From contig CAVPNL010000015.1 in assembly GCA_963706575.1 (NCBI GenBank), positions 384,001 to 448,000 of the forward strand: a stretch of 64,000 nt of DNA. Direction: 5' to 3'. This document shows, in pieces, positions 28,648 through 37,492 of this stretch (position 1 is the first letter of the stretch; each line of letters starts with the position of its first letter). A program made the position numbers and the translations under genes. The DNA is from an uncultured delta proteobacterium. Lineage in GTDB: Bacteria > Desulfobacterota > Desulfobacteria > Desulfobacterales > JAHEIW01. The notes under the pieces are model-generated. The model was not told where the DNA came from and made no database searches. It saw only the letters and a program-made list of their open reading frames with translations.

Positions 28648-29919
28648 ATGTCCGACCTAAGAAATCTGTTAAAAATATCGGATGATCGCCTGGCGGAAAT
28701 CAATGCATTGATGACGGATCCGGGCAACGAACTCATCAATGAATTGCTGGAAGTCATCGAATCATTCGGCGGGCCCCAGGAAATCAACCGCAAAGCGCAA
28801 GAAGCCGCTAGGCTTGAAAATTTGACGGCCCAGCTAAAAGCTGCCAAATCGTCCTATATAGACGATTTGAACTGGCTCATTGAACAAAGGGACAACGGGG
28901 CTTTCATTTCCATGCAAGACTATTACGAGCGTGTGCTGGGCGACAAAGGCAACACTGCTGAAATCGACCACAAGAATGAGGTGACGCTAGAAATCAGCGC
29001 CTTGCAGTATTTTCCCTGGCTCATCGCTGAAGCCCGGCGCAGCATTGATCAGCAAGAATTGATGCCCGGCCGTTATATCCGGGTGCGAAATATGGCGGAG
29101 CAGGAAACCGACAACGGCGATATCATGGCCACAGCAGCGGCAATGCAGATCATTGGCGCCAGTTGTGTCGAAACACTGGACACCAAGGGAACAGACGGTT
29201 CCAACATCCACCTGGGCGGCCCGGAAACCATCACGGGATATTTCGGCGGGGTGGGGCAGCCCAACGAATATCCCGTCAAATGGGTCAAAGAATATCTGAA
29301 ATTTTATACAACCTTTGGCATCCGACAGGTGCTCAACATCAACCCGGGAACGGTCCTGGTGGGATATTTGCTCCACAAACTGGGTGTGAACAACGAGTTT
29401 AAAATTTCTGTGTTCATGGGCAATGACAATCCGTTTTCGATCCTGTGGACTCTGACCACCGCCCGGCTTTTTTCGCGCGATGACGGCACCACCTCTTTAA
29501 TCGGATTTAACTTGTCCAATTCGGCCAACAATGAAACCATCCGCAAAGCCGCCGTCATCCGCAGGGCCCTGGGCCTGGAAAATGTCGTCCGGTTTGAACA
29601 TCACATTACCGAAACCTGGAAATCCATCGTTCGCCAGCCTTACAACCGCAGAGATGAGCTGGTCGAAATCGCCCGAGAAGTGTCCAACATTTCGGCCAAA
29701 CATGAGGGCGGTGAAGTGGACATCGAAAGTGAACTGGAACACCCGTCCGACATACTGGATTACTTTATGGCCAAAAGTGATGTGGAAAAACAGGGATTGA
29801 TGCCGGCCCTTGAGAAAAATTATATCGAAAAACACCGATCGACAAACCTGACAGCCGATGCTTTAACCAGAGCTGGCATCGGTGTGGTGTGCGCCGCCGA
29901 ACTTCATAAAGCATCTTGA
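28648..29919 (+). CDS. Hypothetical soluble protein, 423 aa, enzyme-like
   Basis: Long ORF with GAGGAG RBS; Gly/Asp/His-rich motifs ETLDTKGTDGSNIHLGG, FEHH, KHEGG; family not recognised. Confidence 0.8.
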   Translation: MSDLRNLLKISDDRLAEINALMTDPGNELINELLEVIESFGGPQEINRKAQEAARLENLTAQLKAAKSSYIDDLNWLIEQRDNGAFISMQDYYERVLGDKGNTAEIDHKNEVTLEISALQYFPWLIAEARRSIDQQELMPGRYIRVRNMAEQETDNGDIMATAAAMQIIGASCVETLDTKGTDGSNIHLGGPETITGYFGGVGQPNEYPVKWVKEYLKFYTTFGIRQVLNINPGTVLVGYLLHKLGVNNEFKISVFMGNDNPFSILWTLTTARLFSRDDGTTSLIGFNLSNSANNETIRKAAVIRRALGLENVVRFEHHITETWKSIVRQPYNRRDELVEIAREVSNISAKHEGGEVDIESELEHPSDILDYFMAKSDVEKQGLMPALEKNYIEKHRSTNLTADALTRAGIGVVCAAELHKAS

Positions 29920-29943
29920 AAATATTAAACCGAATGGTTTGCA

Positions 29944-29978
29944 GGGTGGCAAGGATTAACCCTTGCCGCCCATTTTTT
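29944..29978 (+). terminator. Intrinsic terminator
   Basis: GGGTGGCAAGG-ATTAAC-CCTTGCCGCCC stem followed by ATTTTTT. Confidence 0.8.
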
Positions 29979-30229
29979 ATTAAAAATTTTAGTTGCTCTT
30001 TTACGTATTTTCTAAAACGAATGAGAAATTATAAAGAACGACCTAAACTATTGCTCAAGATCAGATTCTACCACGAAGTTCACGAAGGACACGAAGCGTT
30101 GATTTATTAATTTATTTTGATTACCTTCGTGCATCTTGGTGTGCTTCGTGGTGAATAACCTACTTTGACAACAGGCAACCATGTCGAACTCGCTGGAATC
30201 CGGCATATAATCACTAAAGGACACCATTT

Positions 30230-30973
30230 ATGTCCACAACCGAAATTCTGTCCCTGCCCATCGTCGGGTTTCTGGCCTTCTTTTTAAAAGGCATTGCCGG
30301 CATCGGCGTCAGCACGGTGGCCGTGCCGATCTTATCATTGGTCATCGGGGCCAAACAGATCGTTGTTTTATCATCCATCGTCAATGTCATCGGCGGACTG
30401 GTGATGTACCGCATTGACCCCCAGCCGGCTCCCCGCCGCTACTGGTATCCCATTGCCGCTTTGATGATCGCCGGCGCAGTGATCGGCGGCGTCGCCCTTA
30501 AACTGACGCCGCTTAAAAGCTTTGAAAAAATGCTGGGATTCGCCATTCTGGCTGCTGGAATTTGGTTTATTATCTGGCGCGGCAAACGGAGTTCGCGTTC
30601 ATTTTTAGAAAAGATGCCGCCAAAAAGTGGTGTCAAAGACTGTCTGATCGGTTTTCTGGGTGGTTTATCAGGCGCATTTGTGGGAATCAATTCGCCGATT
30701 TTAATCCTTTACTTTGGAGGCTATCTGGCCAAAGGGCCCATGCGTCGACTGCTGGTTTTGATCCTGTTGCCGTCTGCGGTTATTCAGGTCGCAACATACA
30801 CCGCCCTGGATTTAATGAACCGGCAGATTATGCTTTATGCGTTGTTTGCCTTGCCCGGCCTGTTGTTGGGAATCTATTTGGGAAATCGTACCTTTTTTAG
30901 AATCTCGGAGAAAATTTTCGGCACCATTCTGGGCGGTGTTCTCATCGCGCTATCATGGGGTCTGATTCTTTAA
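30230..30973 (+). CDS. Sulfite exporter TauE/SafE family membrane protein
   Basis: About 8 TM helices with two internal repeats (KGIAGIG, GFLGGLSG...GINSP). Confidence 0.8.
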   Translation: MSTTEILSLPIVGFLAFFLKGIAGIGVSTVAVPILSLVIGAKQIVVLSSIVNVIGGLVMYRIDPQPAPRRYWYPIAALMIAGAVIGGVALKLTPLKSFEKMLGFAILAAGIWFIIWRGKRSSRSFLEKMPPKSGVKDCLIGFLGGLSGAFVGINSPILILYFGGYLAKGPMRRLLVLILLPSAVIQVATYTALDLMNRQIMLYALFALPGLLLGIYLGNRTFFRISEKIFGTILGGVLIALSWGLIL

Positions 30974-31890
30974 AATTTTACCTGACCAAGGCCTTTCAGG
31001 TTCAATATTTCTCTGGCTTGATCCGGTGTTGCCGGTTCCAGACCGTGTTCCCTGCCGATTCGGATGATCTTTTCAACCTGCTCGGCGCTGCTTTTAGCCA
31101 TGATCCCTTTTTCAAGATAGAGATTATCCTCAAGGCCTACACGGGTATTGCCGCCCATCAGTAGTGCCAGATTGCACATTCGAAACTGCTCTTTACCCGC
31201 GGCGCAAACAGACCATTTGAAATCCCCGATGATTTCCCTGGCAGAATTATATAAAAAGACCAGATTGTTGACCGTGGCCTGCATCCCGCCTAAGATTCCC
31301 AGTACAAATTGAAGGTAAACCGGCTTTTTAACCAATCCGCGGCTGATCAGAAATTCCAGATTGGTCAACATGCCGCTGTCATAAATTTCGAATTCCGGTT
31401 TCGTGTTTTCTTTCGCAAAATATTGGCTGAACTCTTTCAGGGTCTTAAACGTATTGGGAAATATGTAATCTTCACTCATGGCCAGAAAGTGAGGCTCCCA
31501 CTCGTACTTGAAGTCCTTGATTTTTTCCAGAACGGGAAAGAGAGCAAAATTCAGCGATCCGGCATTCAGTGAAGCCAGCTCGGGACCATACGTTTTAACC
31601 ACCCTGACCCGCTCTTCGGCGCTCTGCCCCCTCCCGCCACCGGTGGTGGTACACACAACCACATTGCAGGCGCGTTTGATTTGCGAAAGAATTTCGCCAA
31701 ATAGATCAGAATCTGCAGAGGGCTGGCCGGTCTCGGGATCACGTACATGTATATGTACGATGGCCGCACCGGCGGCATGCGCCCCTATAGCATCTTTCAC
31801 AATTTCATCCGGAGTAATTGGCAGATGGGAGGACATGGTGGGTGTGTGAATCGACCCGGTAACGGCTGCTGTTATGATAAATTTACTCAT
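30970..31890 (-). CDS. Beta-keto acid cleavage enzyme (Kce/DUF849 family)
   Basis: IITAAVTG, PITPDEI, HIHVRD, TTGG, PELASLNAGS, KPEFEIYD, RVGLEDN. Confidence 0.92.
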   Translation of the reverse strand: MSKFIITAAVTGSIHTPTMSSHLPITPDEIVKDAIGAHAAGAAIVHIHVRDPETGQPSADSDLFGEILSQIKRACNVVVCTTTGGGRGQSAEERVRVVKTYGPELASLNAGSLNFALFPVLEKIKDFKYEWEPHFLAMSEDYIFPNTFKTLKEFSQYFAKENTKPEFEIYDSGMLTNLEFLISRGLVKKPVYLQFVLGILGGMQATVNNLVFLYNSAREIIGDFKWSVCAAGKEQFRMCNLALLMGGNTRVGLEDNLYLEKGIMAKSSAEQVEKIIRIGREHGLEPATPDQAREILNLKGLGQVKF

Positions 31891-31954
31891 GTTCGGCTCC
31901 TAGATTTGAATTCGTTATGCAAAGGCTCGTGCCCATGCGAATGGAGATTGGACA

Positions 31955-32737
31955 CTATTCGTCAATGATCGCTACCGGCCGCGCCCAACCCGCACTGGCT
32001 CCCTTGATCTTGACCGGAAAACAACACACCGTAAATCCATATGATCTGCCAATTGCCGATAAATTTGCCAGTTTTTCCATATGACAGTAACCGATCTCAA
32101 TGCCGGCAAAATGCGCTTCCCAGATCACTTTCGGATCACCGGTCTTCTTGAATTCTTTAGCCTGAAAAGGCAGCGGTCGATCCCAGCTCCAGGCATCGAT
32201 TCCGACCACTTTGACACCTTTTTCGGTCAGAAACAGCGTGCTATCACGGTCCATGCCGGCCCCTTTGACAAGATATTCCTCGGTGCCCCAAACCGCATCG
32301 GCCCCGGTTTGGACCAGTACAATGTCGAGAGGTTTTATTTGGTATTGTATACGGTCCAGTTCATTTTTAACGTCTTTCACTGTGATCCGCTCTCCATCTG
32401 CTTTGTAACGGAAATCTAAAAGCACACCGTCATTGAAACACCATTCAAGCGGAATCTCATCAATGGTCAAAGCGCGCTGTCCTTTGTCCATCGTAGGGTG
32501 ATAATGGTATGGGGCGTCCAAATGGGTGCCAGAATGAGTGGTAAGGGTGATAAACTCCACGGCCCACCCCAGACTGCCAGGCAGTTGTTCCTTTTTTAGT
32601 CCCGGGTAAAATTCTTTCATTTGTTCACCGCCCATAATGTGATCAATATAATCAATTTTGGGGATCATCATGGGAGGGTCACTGGGAAGATCAGGTTCAA
32701 TGCTGATGCTCAGATCAACAAAACGTTTGGTGGCCAT
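31955..32737 (-). CDS. Cyclase family metal-dependent hydrolase (kynurenine formamidase-like)
   Basis: THSGTHLDAPYH, VGID, HMEKL; AAAGGAGG RBS before ATG 32737. Confidence 0.9.
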   Translation of the reverse strand: MATKRFVDLSISIEPDLPSDPPMMIPKIDYIDHIMGGEQMKEFYPGLKKEQLPGSLGWAVEFITLTTHSGTHLDAPYHYHPTMDKGQRALTIDEIPLEWCFNDGVLLDFRYKADGERITVKDVKNELDRIQYQIKPLDIVLVQTGADAVWGTEEYLVKGAGMDRDSTLFLTEKGVKVVGIDAWSWDRPLPFQAKEFKKTGDPKVIWEAHFAGIEIGYCHMEKLANLSAIGRSYGFTVCCFPVKIKGASAGWARPVAIIDE

Positions 32738-32841
32738 AACACCTCCTTTATCAAAACCGGAAACTGAATTGCGGAAATGGAGGGCCTCCGTCAATTGCCC
32801 GATAGAATCTTGCATCCGGCTTGCAAATAATTAGTTTAATT

Positions 32842-32855
32842 TTGATTTAAATCAA
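32842..32855. promoter_or_regulatory. FNR/Crp-family binding site
   Basis: Perfect TTGAT-TTAA-ATCAA in the divergent intergenic region. Confidence 0.6.
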
Positions 32856-32917
32856 ATCATATCGATTGCCCCTTTTGTATAGATTATATAAATGCAGAAT
32901 AAAAGGTTTTGCTACAG

Positions 32918-34051
32918 ATGAATGAATTTAACCAGACGTCCAAAAACCGGGTCGATCACAATATTCAAATTTATCGCAAAATAGTCCAGTATCTTTTTCT
33001 GGCCGTCATCGTCTTGATTGGCATACAGTTTACCCTTTTCGTCAACCAGCTGGAAAAAGGGTTGCTGCCGACGATCGCCCGGCCGCCGGGGATCGAAGGT
33101 TTTTTGCCGATCAGCTCCCTGATCAGCTTTAAATACTGGCTGGTCACCGGTATTTTTAACCCCATCCATCCGTCCGGTCTGATCATTTTTTTGGTGATCT
33201 TATCCACCGCAATTTTGCTGAAGCGCGGTTTCTGCAGCTGGGTATGCCCGTTCGGTCTGCTGACCGAGTATTTAAATCGGCTTCATCGCCTTATCTTCAG
33301 GAAAGACATCAGGGTCCCCCGCTGGTTGGATTATCCGCTGCGCAGTTTAAAGTATCTGCTGCTTTTCTTTTTTATCTGGGCCATTATCATCAAAATGAAT
33401 GTCCGCGACCTGGACTATTTTATCTACAGCCCCTACAACATGGTAGCGGATATTAAAATGCTGCACTTTTTTACAGATATATCCGCTTTTGCGTTCTGGG
33501 TGCTGGTGGCATTATTGGTTTTATCCATTTTAATCCGCAACTTCTGGTGCCGCTACCTCTGCCCCTACGGTGCCCTTTTAGGCGGACTCAGTTTTATCAG
33601 TATCTTTAAAATTCACCGCAATGAAGCCACCTGTACCCGGTGCCGACAGTGCACCGGCACCTGCCCGGTGGACATAAAGGTCCATAAAACCACCGGTGTG
33701 ATCTCTGATGAGTGCCATGGGTGCCTGAAATGCGTGGCCGTCTGTCCCGAAAAAGATACCCTCTATATTTCAGCAGCGAAAAGATCCGGCATTTTAAATC
33801 CCCTGCTTTATGCGGCCGTCATCTGCCTGCTTTTTATCGGCGGATCGGTTATCGGCAGATGGGCCGGCCTCTGGCAGACCAGCATCTCAAATTACGAATA
33901 TTCCTTCCATGTCGCCCATCTGGATACGCCGTTTTATCAGCATAACCGCGGTCAGGTGCCGGCATACAATAAACAGGCCTGGATGTTGATGATGGAAAGA
34001 ATCAAGAAATCCAGACGCGCCTGGCGTAAGGGGCAGCGGCTAAAAGATTAG
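32918..34051 (+). CDS. Membrane-bound 4Fe-4S protein (NapH/MauN/YccM family)
   Basis: TM helices, FCSWVCP, WCRYLCP, two CxxCxxCxxxCP clusters. Confidence 0.88.
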   Translation: MNEFNQTSKNRVDHNIQIYRKIVQYLFLAVIVLIGIQFTLFVNQLEKGLLPTIARPPGIEGFLPISSLISFKYWLVTGIFNPIHPSGLIIFLVILSTAILLKRGFCSWVCPFGLLTEYLNRLHRLIFRKDIRVPRWLDYPLRSLKYLLLFFFIWAIIIKMNVRDLDYFIYSPYNMVADIKMLHFFTDISAFAFWVLVALLVLSILIRNFWCRYLCPYGALLGGLSFISIFKIHRNEATCTRCRQCTGTCPVDIKVHKTTGVISDECHGCLKCVAVCPEKDTLYISAAKRSGILNPLLYAAVICLLFIGGSVIGRWAGLWQTSISNYEYSFHVAHLDTPFYQHNRGQVPAYNKQAWMLMMERIKKSRRAWRKGQRLKD

Positions 34052-34091
34052 CGCTGCCGAGCGGCTTATAAAGGGCAACATTCAAATATGA

Positions 34092-34287
34092 TAGAACCCA
34101 TCTCAAAAATAGGATTTTGGTTCAAGATCGCGGCGGAGCCTGGTTTTCCCCGCTGAGCGGGGCTTCCCTTCTGATCAAATCCTCTTTGTGGGTCGTAACC
34201 GCAGGTCCGCCTGAGGCGGATCGAAGGATTAAAAACCAGGCTCCAACAAAGCTATTGGGCCAAAAGACATTTTTGAGATGGGTTCTA
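34092..34287. mobile_element. MITE-like element, 196 bp, perfect 19-bp terminal inverted repeats
   Basis: TAGAACCCATCTCAAAAAT (34092-34110) and ATTTTTGAGATGGGTTCTA (34269-34287); inner IR GGAGCCTGGTTTT/AAAACCAGGCTCC. Confidence 0.75.
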
Positions 34288-35415
34288 CCGAATGACTCGC
34301 GACAGGCGTTCGACACCTTCCAACAAGTCTGCCTCCCCGTAAAAGGCAAAGCAGAACCGCAGGTAATTACACAAGCCCTTGGCGCTTGAAAACTTGATGC
34401 CGGGTTGAAAACCCACTTGATGTTTGTTTGCCTCGGCAAGTAAGGTTTCGCTATCTGTTCCCTCAGGCAAAAAAGACCAGATAAAGTACCCCCCCTGCGG
34501 GTCGGTAAAACTGAGCGCGGGTATTTGTTGGCGCAGTGCCTCACTCAAGGTGACCATGCGCTTGTGGTAGGTTTTCTTCAGGAAATTCAGGTAATCTTTT
34601 TGCAATCCCAGTTCGATCATACTGTTCACAATACCGGAGACAAATGGATTTAATCCGCCGCCACTCTCAAGATAACCGGATGCGATAAATGGTTCCAGCA
34701 GGGAAGGTTTTGCGTGCATCCACCCTAACCGCAGACCCGGCGCAAGAATTTTGGAAAAAGAGCCCAGTGAAAGAACCCGCGCCGAAGTATCGAAATAAGT
34801 CATTGGCGGTGGTGGCGTAGACGTATAAGCCAGCATTTGATAGACTTCATCGGCAACGATAAGAACACCATATTTCTCGGCTAAACGGACGAGTTTCTCG
34901 CGTCGATTTGCAGATAACGTCACACCTGCCGGATTATGAAAAGCCGGTATGGTATAAATAAAAACCGGCTTGTGTTTTGCCAATTTTTCCTCTAGAACCT
35001 CAATAATTAGTCCATCTTCATCAATGGGCGTGCTGATGACGTTTAATTTATAGTCGGCAAAGATACGCAAAGCCAGAAAGTAGGAGGGCTCTTCAACAAT
35101 CACCGTGTCACCCGATCGGGCATGAAGCGCACAGATTTGATCAAGCGCCTGGGAAATTCCGGCCGTGATAAAAAGATGGTCCGGATCGACTGCATTCTCA
35201 TATTGCGCGCCCAGAAATCGGGCCAGAGCATTCCTGAAGTTGCCGTTGCCCTGTTGCATGCCATACTGTAATATGTTGCGTTCTCCCTGTTCAAACCGAT
35301 GAGTGGCTGCTTCTGCCAGCTGCTCTAACGGAAGAGCGTCCTCATGGGGTTGGCCGACTCCCAGGTCAATCCAGCCTTCCGGAACATTGCTTTGAGCGAC
35401 TTGAATCTTGTCCAT
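34285..35415 (-). CDS. PLP-dependent aminotransferase class I/II (LysN/MocR-like)
   Basis: FHNPAG, DEVY, SFSKILAPGLRLGW, PQGGYF. Confidence 0.92.
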   Translation of the reverse strand: MDKIQVAQSNVPEGWIDLGVGQPHEDALPLEQLAEAATHRFEQGERNILQYGMQQGNGNFRNALARFLGAQYENAVDPDHLFITAGISQALDQICALHARSGDTVIVEEPSYFLALRIFADYKLNVISTPIDEDGLIIEVLEEKLAKHKPVFIYTIPAFHNPAGVTLSANRREKLVRLAEKYGVLIVADEVYQMLAYTSTPPPPMTYFDTSARVLSLGSFSKILAPGLRLGWMHAKPSLLEPFIASGYLESGGGLNPFVSGIVNSMIELGLQKDYLNFLKKTYHKRMVTLSEALRQQIPALSFTDPQGGYFIWSFLPEGTDSETLLAEANKHQVGFQPGIKFSSAKGLCNYLRFCFAFYGEADLLEGVERLSRVIR

Positions 35416-35475
35416 TCCTGCACCTGTTAGGACACCGTTCTTTGAATAATTGAAGAATAAGAGAATCTCGACAAG

Positions 35476-37293
35476 GTGTCAAATAATCAAAAATATCTTT
35501 ACGGTTTTTCCACAACCATGGCATCATTAATTCTTGGGTCGGCTTGCTCATCTGTTGTATGCTTCATGGCGCTTTTCTTGTTTTCAACCTCAAAGTGGTT
35601 ACTCTTTAATATCATAAATTTAAGAATACAAATCCAATCCGCTAAAGGCGAATCAATAATCTGCAAAAAAATACCCGGCCTGGCAACTGGAACCGTCCGG
35701 CGGCTTCTGTATGTCGCATGGATACTTGTCTTGTTGCTGGTTACCAGTGATGATGCCGATGCGCAAACTGCAACAAAGGTCACGCCCAACCGTCTGATAC
35801 AAGAATCCAGCCCTTATCTGCTGCAGCATGCCACCAATCCGGTAGACTGGTATCCCTGGGGTGAGGACGCCTTTGAAAAGGCCAGAAAAGAAGACAAGCC
35901 GATCTTTCTGTCCATCGGATACTCTACCTGCCACTGGTGCCATGTGATGGAGCATGAGTCCTTTGCCGATGAGGAAGTGGCGGCCCTACTAAATCAATAT
36001 TTTGTATCGGTTAAAGTTGACCGTGAAGAGCGCCCTGACATCGATCAGGTTTACATGGCTGTCACCCAGACCATGACCGGCCGGGAAATCCTGGCGTACA
36101 TTTTACGGGATATGACGTCAAAAGAGGGCGGATTCTACAGCGCTGAAGATGCTGATAGCGAAGGCGTTGAAGGTAAATTCTATCTGTGGACCCTTCCCCA
36201 GATTCAACAGGTCATCGGTAAAAATGAAACCGAAATATTGAAAAAAATATATAATCTTGAAGATGCCGGTAATTTCAAATCACAGGAGGCGGAGCAGCCA
36301 GCCGGCAGCAATATTCTGCACCTCAAAAAGACACTGCCGGATTTAGCCGGAGAATTGGGCCTGCCCGAAAAACACTTACTTCAGCGCCTGGAAAAAAACC
36401 GTGAGCAACTTTTTATGATACGCAAGCAACGCGTACATCCCTTTAAAGATGACAAAATCCTCACGGACTGGAACGGATTAATGATTGCCGCTCTGGCCAG
36501 AGCCGGTCTGGCCCTCGACGAGCCCCGCTATACTTCTGCTGCTGTCAGGGCCGCTGATTTTATCATGCACACGCTGCGCGCTAAAAACGGTCGCCTTCTG
36601 AAACGCTACCGGAAAGGAGACGCCGGCTTGCCGGCCCATCTGAACGATTATGCCTTTGTCGTCTGGGGGTTTTTAGAACTCTATGAAGCCAGCTTTAAGA
36701 CAATCTATCTGCAGGAAGCCATTCGTTTAAACAACCAGATGATCAAACGTTTTTGGGATCATCAAAGCGGCGGTCTGTTTATGACAGCCGACGACGGTGA
36801 AAAACTTTTAATCCGCAATAAGGCAATCTACGACGGTGCCATCCCATCCGGCAACTCGGTGGCGGTTTTAAATTTGCTGCGCCTGGGCCACATTACCGGC
36901 AACCAGGACTATCTGCAAAAAGCCGGAAGCATTGGCAAGGCTTTTTCCGGTTCGGTCAATCGATACCCGCAGGGCCATGCACATCTGATGGTCGCTCTGG
37001 AATATGCCCTGCACCCAAATTACGAGGTGGTGATTGCCGGCAAGCCTGGGGCGAAGGATACCCGGGCCATGCTGGCGGCATTGCGTCAGCGGTTTTTACC
37101 CGGAAAAGTTGTTGTACTGCGCCCGGCCGACACAAGGGCGGCGGCTGAAATCATTCGCATGGCGCCCTATACCCAATTTATGGTTCCAAAAGACGGCAAG
37201 GCCACTGCTTATGTCTGCACTGACTTTGTCTGTAAACTACCCACCACGGATATTTCACAGATGCTGGCCAACCTGCAGGTGAAAGGAAAATAA
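35476..37293 (+). pseudogene. YyaL/DUF255 (SPATA20-like) thioredoxin-domain protein with an in-frame internal deletion; start codon unclear
   Basis: [53 protein letters not shown] present; TQTMTG joins directly to [11 protein letters not shown], and GGWPL and HFEKMLYD are absent. Confidence 0.6.
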
Positions 37294-37492
37294 TTCACCA
37301 CAGAGATCACGAAGATCACAGAGAATTAATTTTAATAAAGAAGCGCCGGCATCTCGACCTTTACATAAAACTGCATAATATTGATTGTTCCCGCAATTGA
37401 CACTGGATTCTATTTACGATATTTCTTCTTCACTGCTTAAGATTCCTCCATCATTATTCAAACTGCTAACCCGAAGAATGGAGGGCATAAAA

